A DNA stretch of 64,000 bases from positions 145,250 through 209,249 of the forward strand of contig CAWFDP010000001.1 of the NCBI GenBank assembly GCA_963814635.1, read 5' to 3'. This document shows, one piece after another, positions 34,596 through 43,545 of the stretch (positions within the stretch are counted from its first letter, which is position 1; each line of letters begins with the position of its first letter). The stretch comes from an uncultured Acidobacteriota bacterium (lineage in GTDB: Bacteria; Acidobacteriota; Terriglobia; Acidiferrales; UBA7541). The notes beneath the pieces were generated by a model. That model was not told where the DNA came from. It saw only the letters and a list, made by a program, of their open reading frames with translations, and made no database searches. The position numbers and the translations under genes were made by a program.

Positions 34596-34840
34596 TTCTT
34601 CGCCAGGAATTGCGCCAGTTGCAGTACGCCGACGGAGGATTACACTAGTTGCCTTGCGTGCTCGAGCACCTCCGGAATGTCCGGGGCGCATGATGTAACG
34701 GGCTCTTCGCTACCGAATCCTTTCGTTGGCTATTCCTCTGCAAACTTCCACCTGGCGAGCGAGAATGTTGACTGGAATAGCTGGACTTCGCTCAGCTCGC
34801 CGTACAACGTCGATCCGGACGGGGTGACGCGAACGAATTG
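34590..34840 (+). pseudogene. C-terminal fragment of a beta-helix protein paralog (remnant)
   Basis: The frame reads ...NHFFARNCASCSTPTEDYTSCLACSSTSGMSGAHDVTGSSLPNPFVGYSSANFHLASENVDWNSWTSLSSPYNVDPDGVTRTN*. This aligns with the C-terminal parts of 34922..36724 and 48159..49679. There is no N-terminal 400-500 aa and no usable start. Confidence 0.6.
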
Positions 34841-34921
34841 AGAAGTCCGCGGATTCTTGACACCAACCGCACGCCAATACAAACTATGCCATCATCTCCG
34901 TAAACAATTGCCGAGGTCAAA

Positions 34922-36724
34922 ATGCGAAAATCATATGAACTTCCACGCGGATTTTGGGTGGTAGCGCAATTTCTAGTCTTCGCGCTTTTTCTTGCGCCAT
35001 CGGCTTTCGCTCTGCCGACGTGCCACGTCATCTGGAACAGTACGAATGGCGGTACGAACGCCGGGACTAGTTGGACGAATCCCTACAACGGAAGCGCATC
35101 TGTGGGAACTTGGGTGTATGGAGATATTTACTATGTCGGCGGCGGCAGCGGAGGAAGCTATACATCGGCCACGACCACTTATCCATTCGTCATCGGTTCC
35201 TCGACAAGTGGCGTAGGTTCGACGTCTAATAGAATCAACGTTTATGCCGCAACAGTTGCTGACCACGGACAGCTTAGTTCAGTTTGTGCGAACGCTGCAA
35301 CAATAGCGGCTTCAAATTGGAACGCCGCGACGATGGCGGTGGATGGCGGAGCGGGGCAGGTCAATCTTCAATGTACAGGCTGTAATGGATTGATGCAGGC
35401 AAAGGCGTCTAATGTGTTTGTCGATGGCCTGCACGCCGGACTTTCTGATACTAGCAATACTTGGGGCGGTCCAGGACATAGCTGCTCCGGAACACAATGC
35501 GGATTCTTACTGAACAATTTTCCGTATAACTCATACGAAAACACAACGGGAGTAAAAACGGCTTACGGATTCTACATCAGCGCGGGGCTAACCGACGTAT
35601 GGTGCGTTGCAGTGCAATTTGAAGGAATTCAGCTTGCTGGCCACAATCAAGACATTGATGAGGACCAATTCCGTCCAGCTTCGGGCGGTACTTACAATGG
35701 TATACATCTCAAGCATAGCTTTTTGCACGAAACCTCTCGAGCCTTCGTTCAGGCTCGCGTGGTGACCGGACTCGACGTTGAGTATAATCTCTTGTACCGG
35801 AATCACAGCACCAGCGCAAACCCTTCGCTTCACGGCGAAGCATTCGACATCAGCGGCGATACCAACGATGTTGTCGCGTTCAACGTAATTGAGGATGTGG
35901 AGGGTACGGGAGCCTATGTCGCGCTGACCGATACAACGGGAAACACGGTTTCCGGCACGGCTATCTACGGAAACGTCTTCATCACGCAGAGTGGCAATCC
36001 AAACGGCGTCTCAGGTTACGACAACGCTGGAATCGTCGGCTGTATCAACACCGAAACTTGCACTGGCTGGCTTGTCTACAACAATACCGCTGTGAATCTG
36101 ACCGGAAGTGGTTCCGTGGGAATCGGGATAACGGCAACTGTCTCAGGTTCATCAATTACGGCGAAAAACAACCTTTGGTACATCAGCTCTGGCCCGCAAG
36201 CCATATTTTCAATGTCGGCTGGAAACACCATCAGCGAAGACCATAACTCTTTTCTAAATTCCAGTTCGCCGAGTCTTCCCGGTACCGGGGACGTGGTTGA
36301 TGCCACCCCACCGAATCCATTTCCGGGTTGGACGTCGCTCAATTTTCACTTGGGAAGTGAGGGTGCTGACTGGAATAGCTGGACTTCGCTCAGCTCGCCA
36401 TACAACGTCGATCCGGACGGGGTGACGCGCACGACTGACCGCGGAGCGTTTCAGTTTGTGGCAGGAGCGGTAGTGGCGCTAGGCACGGCGGCGATTTCCA
36501 GCTTGCACTGCGCGGCGGCGGTGAATACCCCGGCTACGGGACTTCTGTCCACGGATGTGGTCATCGTTTCGTTTAACGCTGCTCCGTCTGGAGCTTACCT
36601 GACTGGGTTGACCATCCTCCCTCCGGACGTAGCAGCCGGGAGTTTTAATATAAGGGTGTGCAACCCAACTGCCGGGAGCCTGATACCGCCAGCAGCAACC
36701 CTGAACTGGAGAGTAGTACACTGA
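34922..36724 (+). CDS. secreted right-handed beta-helix protein (pectate-lyase-fold; possible polysaccharide lyase or epimerase)
   Basis: 600-aa ORF with a GAGG SD and a signal peptide (FLVFALFLAPSAFA). It has Gly/Asn/Thr-rich coil repeats and is a paralog of 48159..49679 (CHVIWNSTNGGTNAGTSWTNPYNG versus CHVITHTGGGTNSGADWNNPCNG). Confidence 0.8.
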   Translation: MRKSYELPRGFWVVAQFLVFALFLAPSAFALPTCHVIWNSTNGGTNAGTSWTNPYNGSASVGTWVYGDIYYVGGGSGGSYTSATTTYPFVIGSSTSGVGSTSNRINVYAATVADHGQLSSVCANAATIAASNWNAATMAVDGGAGQVNLQCTGCNGLMQAKASNVFVDGLHAGLSDTSNTWGGPGHSCSGTQCGFLLNNFPYNSYENTTGVKTAYGFYISAGLTDVWCVAVQFEGIQLAGHNQDIDEDQFRPASGGTYNGIHLKHSFLHETSRAFVQARVVTGLDVEYNLLYRNHSTSANPSLHGEAFDISGDTNDVVAFNVIEDVEGTGAYVALTDTTGNTVSGTAIYGNVFITQSGNPNGVSGYDNAGIVGCINTETCTGWLVYNNTAVNLTGSGSVGIGITATVSGSSITAKNNLWYISSGPQAIFSMSAGNTISEDHNSFLNSSSPSLPGTGDVVDATPPNPFPGWTSLNFHLGSEGADWNSWTSLSSPYNVDPDGVTRTTDRGAFQFVAGAVVALGTAAISSLHCAAAVNTPATGLLSTDVVIVSFNAAPSGAYLTGLTILPPDVAAGSFNIRVCNPTAGSLIPPAATLNWRVVH

Positions 36725-36755
36725 CAAGGTTTTTGCTGGGTGCCTAAGCTTAAAT

Positions 36756-36786
36756 GAGAGAGCATCTAGGTAACTTATGCTCTCTC
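36756..36786. terminator. 10-bp-stem hairpin GAGAGAGCAT-N11-ATGCTCTCTC between convergent genes
   Basis: Read directly. The right arm overlaps the stop codon of 36775..37578. Confidence 0.45.
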
Positions 36787-37578
36787 GCATTTGCGCGCTA
36801 GCACGTCTCCGTATACGGCTCCGGGCGGGGGACAGCGAAGCTGCAATCGAGCAATTAGCTCTTCGGCTGGAAGCCAGCGGTCACTTTGAAGCTCCATACC
36901 CATTCCGCGCACAAAGTTAAACTCATAACTCGCGGAAAGCTTTCCAATACAGCCTAGAGCGACATTTGGAATTTCGAGATTGAACTCGAAACTGAGTGCA
37001 GCCGGCTCAAAAGACATCCCCTCGATTACACGGTCATCGAATCCCTCAACGTCAATCTTTACAAAGTCTGGCTGGCCGTATTTCGCGGCGAGATCGTCGA
37101 GCGTCACGACTCTCATCTCGATCGGCGGGAGCCAGGTATTCTTGCTGTGGGCTGGTGAATGTTGGGCGGCTTCGAACCATTCTTCGGATAGGGTCGTGAT
37201 CGTCGGATTCTCTTTGCAAATATGCAGCTTCAAGCTGCCGGGAGCGTTTCCGACTGCGCAATTTTCGAGCTGAACATTGTAAGCCGCAGTGACTCGTCGC
37301 AACGCGTCACAGTTTAGTGGATTCGGTTCAACCGCTACCACGCGAGCGCCCATTTCCGCGAAGAGTTCCGAATATTCGCCCACATAAGCTCCAACGTCGA
37401 ACACTAGCGAGCCCTGTTTGACAAATGGAGAAAAGAATCGATGCGTTCGATTACGGAACTCCCATTTCTCACGGTCGAAGAGCCGCTGATATCCGGATCG
37501 GACGGGCTCATAGAAGCTGCTGCCATACAACGCGTTCTTGGCATATTCTTCGACCTTGCGTTTTACTCGCTTTAACAT
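36775..37578 (-). CDS. FkbM-family SAM-dependent methyltransferase
   Basis: VFDVGAYVGEYSELFAEMGARVVAVEPNP, the FkbM pattern. Confidence 0.85.
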   Translation of the reverse strand: MLKRVKRKVEEYAKNALYGSSFYEPVRSGYQRLFDREKWEFRNRTHRFFSPFVKQGSLVFDVGAYVGEYSELFAEMGARVVAVEPNPLNCDALRRVTAAYNVQLENCAVGNAPGSLKLHICKENPTITTLSEEWFEAAQHSPAHSKNTWLPPIEMRVVTLDDLAAKYGQPDFVKIDVEGFDDRVIEGMSFEPAALSFEFNLEIPNVALGCIGKLSASYEFNFVRGMGMELQSDRWLPAEELIARLQLRCPPPGAVYGDVLARKCERA

Positions 37579-37606
37579 GGTTACGACTATTTCCTCTTGG
37601 TTATTG

Positions 37607-38503
37607 TCATTGAGCTGGAATCGAGCCCGCGACCTGAACCTTTTTCGTCCCCGGCCTCTGCAGCAGCCACAAGACCGGCCAGAGCAGGAGAAGTCCGATC
37701 AGGAAAAAGACGACGCCGCCCTCACGATGCAACTTGCCAAAGAGGAATCCCGGGTTGACATAATTTGCCAGCAGAGTCAGCGTAACGATTCGAATCGCGT
37801 TCTTGACGATCATTACGGCTATTCCGGTCAGGATAAAGACCAGTTTGCGCCAGACACCATCCAAAACGAAGTGTCCCGCCAATACAGCCAGGATTAGCAG
37901 GGCAATACTCGAACGGATTCCGCTGCACTCGCGAGCGACCTCAATATTCACGGTGGTCAGGTGGAAGACGATCCCCTCGCGAAGCACGGGAACGCCGGTC
38001 AATTCAAAAAAGAGGGCCGAGAGATTGGCGGTGCCGTACTGCAGGAACGAAATGACCCGGTCGAGAAGGAATTGAGGCGGCGGAACAGCGAACAAGAGAA
38101 ACAGTAAAGGAAACCTTGCCGCGAGCAACGGACTGCGACCCAGGAACAATGCGAAGCCGCCGACGATCAGGAACAGAAGAGCGAGCGTAAGCGCCGTGAT
38201 GCGGTCGGTGGGATCCCAGCCTGAAGAGAAATACCGAACGAAGAACCAAAGAGCCAACGCGGCAATGCAAAAGAAAGTTCCGACGGTGGGGTCACTCCCC
38301 AGTGACGCGCGGACCTTCTTTCGATCCTGCACGAGCAACACCAGCGAGATTAGGGGGATGATCGGAAGGTGAGAGTAATTCTCATCGGTAATGGCAAGAT
38401 GCCAGACCGAGGCCAGGGCCGGCCAGAAGAGGATTACGGCCACGCCGATCCAAGCTAGCAAAATATAGATTCGGCGAGCGAAATTAGGTTCTTCGGGGTT
38501 CAC
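37607..38503 (-). CDS. exosortase (short form, no EpsI-like extension)
   Basis: 298-aa polytopic membrane protein with the exosortase catalytic pattern: ARECSGIRS (Cys), KNAIRIVTL (Arg) and KLHREGGVVFF (His). Confidence 0.85.
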   Translation of the reverse strand: MNPEEPNFARRIYILLAWIGVAVILFWPALASVWHLAITDENYSHLPIIPLISLVLLVQDRKKVRASLGSDPTVGTFFCIAALALWFFVRYFSSGWDPTDRITALTLALLFLIVGGFALFLGRSPLLAARFPLLFLLFAVPPPQFLLDRVISFLQYGTANLSALFFELTGVPVLREGIVFHLTTVNIEVARECSGIRSSIALLILAVLAGHFVLDGVWRKLVFILTGIAVMIVKNAIRIVTLTLLANYVNPGFLFGKLHREGGVVFFLIGLLLLWPVLWLLQRPGTKKVQVAGSIPAQ

Positions 38504-38603
38504 GATTCCTTTTGTTGCCTGCGGTTTTCTCGACCGCTGAATCCTAGCTCATCTGACAACCGCTCGGAAAGCGCGAAACGCCCTGATCGCCTCAAGTCCG
38601 GAG

Positions 38604-39833
38604 TCAAAAACCGCGTTTGTAGTACAGATATGGGATCAATGCAATCTCAGCCAACCCGGGAAGCGGATCGCGCCAACTGAACACCGCTTCGGTGACCGGG
38701 CCGCTGAGCGACCGAAGGTAGTCGCGGGTATCGAGCCGGCCCTTAAAAATATCGAGAATGCTCGATGGTGTGTCGGTTACCAAGCGAATCCACTTATGTC
38801 CCGGACGAGCCCGGCAAACTTCTACCGGTTTACCGATCTGATCTGCAAACAACATGGCTGGAAAATCAACTCCGGCCGCACGACCGAGAGAGTGGTAACC
38901 CCAGGTTCGCAAGTTCACGTCGTGTAGCTTGTATGTCGAGTCGCGCGGGTCCAGCTTGAATTCAACTTCCACCAGACCATAGTAGTCGATGGCCCGCAAG
39001 AACTTCTCGCTAGCTGCTTCCAGCTCCGGGAGGTCCAAAGTTTCGACAAAAGTGCTGGCACGGCCAAATTCGTGCGGGTGCTGGCGGCGCCTGCGAACGA
39101 CCATGCTTCCCAACGCCTGGCGATTTTTCCAGAAGGCACAGTAAGCGAACTGCTGGGTACTGCTGCCGGGAATAAATTCCTGGATTAGCACTTCCCCTGG
39201 AGCGCCCTTCTCGGAAGCGAGAAGGAATAATTCCTTGAGTTGCTGACGGCTATTCGCGCGCCACGCTTTGGCTTTGGTTTTGTAAAAGAAATGTTCCTTG
39301 ATTGCAGGCTTGACAGCGTAGGGAGGTTCGACGTCGATCTGATCGAGATCTTCGACGGATTGGGGGTTCCAGGTCTTTGGAGTCGGCAAGCCGAGCCGCG
39401 AAACCATCTCGTAGAGATTACGCTTGTCCCAGGCCCATTTGACGGAGGACCAGTCCGGCGTCGGAACGCGAAAGAACGCGGCGAGCTCCTTACGATAATG
39501 AGAGAAGGCCGCGACGGTTTCGTCCCGCGTCGGGTAGAGCACCCAGCCTTTCAAATTCAGACGGTGGCCAGTTTCGAGAACTGCTTCGACGACGCGCTCC
39601 TGGTCGCGCAGACCAGAATAGAAGCAGGAATGGCGCACGAACCGGGAATAAGAGGAAATAGAGCGCTCGTCGTCCACGATACAAATAGGAACCCCGTACG
39701 CGCCGAGGCTCCTGACGATGCCAAGGCCCTGGTAATCGCCACCAACGATTAACGCCCCTGCATTTTCCGTGGGCATGGCTTCAGCGCCCGGATGCGGAGC
39801 GGTTTCTACGAGTTCTTTGGCTGGATTCGACAA
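38604..39833 (-). CDS. ATP-grasp family enzyme (COG3919-like)
   Basis: 409-aa ORF with an N-terminal pre-ATP-grasp segment (ALIVGGDYQGLGIVRSLGAYGVPICIVD) and a central ATP-grasp (VLIQEFIPGS..., GLVEVEFKLD). Confidence 0.8.
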   Translation of the reverse strand: MSNPAKELVETAPHPGAEAMPTENAGALIVGGDYQGLGIVRSLGAYGVPICIVDDERSISSYSRFVRHSCFYSGLRDQERVVEAVLETGHRLNLKGWVLYPTRDETVAAFSHYRKELAAFFRVPTPDWSSVKWAWDKRNLYEMVSRLGLPTPKTWNPQSVEDLDQIDVEPPYAVKPAIKEHFFYKTKAKAWRANSRQQLKELFLLASEKGAPGEVLIQEFIPGSSTQQFAYCAFWKNRQALGSMVVRRRRQHPHEFGRASTFVETLDLPELEAASEKFLRAIDYYGLVEVEFKLDPRDSTYKLHDVNLRTWGYHSLGRAAGVDFPAMLFADQIGKPVEVCRARPGHKWIRLVTDTPSSILDIFKGRLDTRDYLRSLSGPVTEAVFSWRDPLPGLAEIALIPYLYYKRGF

Positions 39834-39860
39834 GTTGGATTCACACTATAAAGGTGCTAA

Positions 39861-41048
39861 TTAATGGCCCCTTTTTCGTTCTAAGTACTGCGCAAGTGAG
39901 CGCGAAACAAAATGAGTTCCGGAAACGAACCGCATTAACGGGCCAAAACTCCACGCCGCGGGAGCTCCGACGAAATGCAGGCCAGATGCGGCCGATTCAA
40001 ACCCTTGTTGCAGTACAGGATAGCCATTGACCTGCTTGATTTCTGCGCGGAGCCCATCCGAAAGGAACGGACTCTGAGAGACGTCAACGCGGTAGCCCGT
40101 GCCGAGAAAAACATGATCGGCGGACACCTCGTTGCCGTCGTCCAAGCGAAGACAAACGCGTTCGCCGGCAGGTCGTAGGGAACTCACCGAGCGACCAAAC
40201 GAACATTGAATACCCTCGACGCCTTCAACCCGGCGCTTGAGCCAACCAGCACCGGCTGGACGAATGCAGCGCTTTGCGAGTGGTGTCTGAAGAAAACGCG
40301 GCAGCAGGCGGAACGCATTTGGTCGTGCGACAAGCTGGCTCAAGCCCGCAGGCCCGACGTCAGACGGTGCGTAAAGGAGCCGTCCCAAGAATCCCAGATT
40401 GGCGATGCGATGCCGCCACGCCAGCCAGTGTAGGCCGGGCTCGCGAACCAGCATGCGAACCGAAGCTCCCGCCTCTTGCAGCAAGGCGGCGGATTCGAGC
40501 GCGCTTTGGCCGCCTCCGACGACGATCACTTCTTTTCCACGAAATCCGCTGAAATCGGAGTGAGTAGACGTGTGTGAAACCAGTTCTTGCGGAGCGTCCC
40601 GAAAAGCTGGCGGCGTCCAAGCGAACTTGGCGATTCCGGTGGCGACAACCACTCGCGAGGCTTTGAAATGTTCGCCGGTCGAGAGATGCACGTGGAAGCC
40701 CTTGGAATTACGTTCGACGAGGCTGACCCTTCGTTGGTCCAGATTCGGAACCGTTTGTCGCTGAAACCATTGCCCGTAAGCGACAAAGTCTTCAATCGGC
40801 ACGGGTTTAGAAATTTTTCGCGACACTGTCGATTCATAAGCTTCCAGCTTAAAAGCCCGATCCGGATCTGAAATATGAGTGGCATCCCAGCCGGAGCGCA
40901 GGAACATGCCGCGCGGCATTTGCCGCTGCCAGAACTCCATGGCCTCGCCAAAAACCTGAAAATCCAGGCCTGAAATCTTTCGTAAATGCGCGGCCGCCGA
41001 CAAACCGTACGGCCCGGCACCGATGATGGCTACCTCAAGCGTAGACAT
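39861..41048 (-). CDS. FAD/NAD(P)-binding oxidoreductase, flavin-monooxygenase-like
   Basis: Two dinucleotide-binding motifs: VAIIGAGPYGLSAAAHL and VIVVGGGQSALESAALL. Confidence 0.8.
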   Translation of the reverse strand: MSTLEVAIIGAGPYGLSAAAHLRKISGLDFQVFGEAMEFWQRQMPRGMFLRSGWDATHISDPDRAFKLEAYESTVSRKISKPVPIEDFVAYGQWFQRQTVPNLDQRRVSLVERNSKGFHVHLSTGEHFKASRVVVATGIAKFAWTPPAFRDAPQELVSHTSTHSDFSGFRGKEVIVVGGGQSALESAALLQEAGASVRMLVREPGLHWLAWRHRIANLGFLGRLLYAPSDVGPAGLSQLVARPNAFRLLPRFLQTPLAKRCIRPAGAGWLKRRVEGVEGIQCSFGRSVSSLRPAGERVCLRLDDGNEVSADHVFLGTGYRVDVSQSPFLSDGLRAEIKQVNGYPVLQQGFESAASGLHFVGAPAAWSFGPLMRFVSGTHFVSRSLAQYLERKRGH

Positions 41049-41069
41049 GGAACTCCAATGATCGAAGCG

Positions 41070-42434
41070 TCAGCATAATTCCTGAGCTCCGGCTAAGTGA
41101 TAAACGATCTCGCTACCAACCTTACGAGCGAAGGCCAATCGCGCCCGATGCGACGCATGCCCCTCGATTGTCCAACCATGTGGAGAGTGTACCAATCGCA
41201 TTTGGGAGCGGTCGCGCCACCACCGCGCAACATCCCTGGGCAGTGGAAGCCATATTTTATTTTCTCTCCGAAGCTGACTCAGGTGGGTAAGTAATTGGGA
41301 ATATGTGTCGCGTGCCCTGTTATCAATTATGTAATCGGGGTGCACAATGAAGCTGGCCATACCATTGATTTTCGCAATTGATGCGATTTGGGTTTTCCAG
41401 AGGTCGATGGAGAAGTCCTCGAGGATGTTAAAGAGTGAGTAGTCCTGAGTGCAGGTGACCGGCAATTCCACCAGATTTCCGTTGAAGTACGGCATGACGC
41501 TGCAGCATCCGCCTCGCTGGGGATCAAGGTGCGCCACGTTTGGAACTGACATGTCGTATTCAAACGCAAGCGCATTCATCCAGGACTGATTGCGGTACAA
41601 GACGCCAGAACGGAATCCGAGGGCGCCAAATTGCTTTCCGTATGAATTAATCTTGGCCACGCGGCTAAGAAATTCATCACGGTTGTCGAAGAGATGCCCG
41701 TCATGGTTCAGGTCATGAACGTTGACTTCGAACCCACGGCTTGCGATGAGTTGCAGCCAATCGGATGGCACGTCGTAACGTTCTTCCGGAACAACCTGGA
41801 ACGAGGACTTAATTCCAAAAGAATCGTTCAAGTCCATCAGCGTCTTACAAAAGTCTCTGCCTGCTGGTGCTTCCACGTCGTGGGTCATGATCGCGCAGGC
41901 TGGTAGTCCTTCCGGCCAGAACCAAATGAATGGGATCTCGTCGAGATTGGATTGATCGAGCGCGATTCGCAGAAACAGGCGTTGCAAACGATCCACGGTG
42001 GTATCGACCGGCCAGTGTGGGAAAGGAATCTGCTGCCAGCCGCGAAGGGAAATTCTCTGGAAGTGCTTGCGGACACTTACCGGCAGCAGCGGACGGACAA
42101 GATAGTAAGTATTTCGAATCGCTTTCTTTTTCCAACTGGCCGAGGCTTTACTCGCGCCATTCGAAGAAGCATATTGCTCAAAAAGCAGGTTCGAAATGAC
42201 TTCCGATGGATCGAATGGCAAGCTGTTTCCGGTCGCAATTTCCGGATTCCAAGTCGAGGATGGTTTTGTGGGGGCGTCGGAAACCTCAGTTCCCTCGGCG
42301 GCATGACCAAACGCGATAATCTCAGGCTCGATGCGAAAGTAGCCGGCCCGGTCTCGGAGATCGCGGGTTCGAGGGAGAGTAACGAGCGACTCGGGGCAGC
42401 GGTAATAGTCGGTTGTGGGATGTGGGCTGTTCAT
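41070..42434 (-). CDS. hypothetical protein with a possible NodB/polysaccharide-deacetylase-like core
   Basis: 454-aa ORF. The segment AIMTHDVEAPAGRDF ... NVHDLNHDGH resembles deacetylase metal motifs. The call is tentative. Confidence 0.6.
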   Translation of the reverse strand: MNSPHPTTDYYRCPESLVTLPRTRDLRDRAGYFRIEPEIIAFGHAAEGTEVSDAPTKPSSTWNPEIATGNSLPFDPSEVISNLLFEQYASSNGASKASASWKKKAIRNTYYLVRPLLPVSVRKHFQRISLRGWQQIPFPHWPVDTTVDRLQRLFLRIALDQSNLDEIPFIWFWPEGLPACAIMTHDVEAPAGRDFCKTLMDLNDSFGIKSSFQVVPEERYDVPSDWLQLIASRGFEVNVHDLNHDGHLFDNRDEFLSRVAKINSYGKQFGALGFRSGVLYRNQSWMNALAFEYDMSVPNVAHLDPQRGGCCSVMPYFNGNLVELPVTCTQDYSLFNILEDFSIDLWKTQIASIAKINGMASFIVHPDYIIDNRARDTYSQLLTHLSQLRRENKIWLPLPRDVARWWRDRSQMRLVHSPHGWTIEGHASHRARLAFARKVGSEIVYHLAGAQELC

Positions 42435-42449
42435 TGCAGGAGTTGGCTG

Positions 42450-43529
42450 CTAGCCGACGTGCCGATAAAGAACGTTTCCGATGGACTGCAAAACAGGATC
42501 GGGGAGACGTGAACACGCGTTGTGAACGAGGCGCATTTTCCAGCCCGACCCGTCGGTGACCCAGGCTTTCGCCGGATAACGGTAATAGTGGATTTGCTGA
42601 AGCGGTGCGCCCCAGTGCCCCTTAAATTCGATAAGACCGGAGTTCGAAGTTTCCGAGCGGCCCAGATCAAAGGATTCCGCGCCCCAAGACTTGGCTTCCT
42701 GGATTGCCCGCCAAAACAGAAGAATCGTTCCCCCATACTTGTTGTACTGGCTGTCGGAACAACCGTATTTGTAGACCAGTGTTTTTTTGTTGCGGAGCGT
42801 CAGAATGGTCGCGATTGGCTGGGAATCCTTTGCAACCAGGTGGATTTGAAGATTATCTCCGAGTGTTCTGACAAGATTTCGGAACCACACCCGAGGCTGC
42901 GGAGGAAGCTGGTGACGCCGCCGCGTGACCAGCAAGAGCCGGTAGAAATTTTCGATCAACTCCTCGGAGCGTCCCACGCTGTATTGCAGGCCTTCTTTTT
43001 CGGCCTTGGTGAGCTTGCGTTGCACACAGCTTTTGTGAAAGGTCTTTAGTAAGACGTCCAACTCCGGCCGCAGGTCCACCATATGAAATGCAAAAGTCTC
43101 GGCTGGACCGAAGGCGGCGCTCCGTTCCGCTTCTCCCGAACTGGAGAGGGGGCGAATCTCGACGTATTTCCATTTCTGGAGCTTCATTTGTGCTATCGCA
43201 AAGTCCATGAGCGCCGAATAAGTCGCGTCACGATCGACCAGCGGCGCGCAGTGATCCGAAAACGGCAAGGAAACGATTCGATTGCCGGTCAGCCAGCTCG
43301 AAATTTTCGCAAACAGCAGCGCGTTTTGTAGCGGCTCGCTGGGCTCGCTGCTGGTGAATGCAATCGGTTCATACCCATAGGTGGATTGAAGCGCTTGCAG
43401 CCAGCCGCTGGTGTGGAAAATAGAGGACTGGGGATGAGTTTCGACGAACTCGGCCCAGCGGCTGTCCTTCAAAGGATCGATTTGATAGACGTTCATTGGC
43501 TCCATTAGATTTTCTAAATCAGTCCCCAA
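42450..43529 (-). CDS. FemAB-family / GNAT-fold protein (PEP-CTERM-system-associated type)
   Basis: 359-aa ORF with an N-terminus (DSRWAEFVETHPQSSIFHTSGWLQALQSTYGYEP) typical of this family by recall. Confidence 0.8.
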   Translation of the reverse strand: MGTDLENLMEPMNVYQIDPLKDSRWAEFVETHPQSSIFHTSGWLQALQSTYGYEPIAFTSSEPSEPLQNALLFAKISSWLTGNRIVSLPFSDHCAPLVDRDATYSALMDFAIAQMKLQKWKYVEIRPLSSSGEAERSAAFGPAETFAFHMVDLRPELDVLLKTFHKSCVQRKLTKAEKEGLQYSVGRSEELIENFYRLLLVTRRRHQLPPQPRVWFRNLVRTLGDNLQIHLVAKDSQPIATILTLRNKKTLVYKYGCSDSQYNKYGGTILLFWRAIQEAKSWGAESFDLGRSETSNSGLIEFKGHWGAPLQQIHYYRYPAKAWVTDGSGWKMRLVHNACSRLPDPVLQSIGNVLYRHVG

Positions 43530-43545
43530 TTACGACGGCTGCCAC

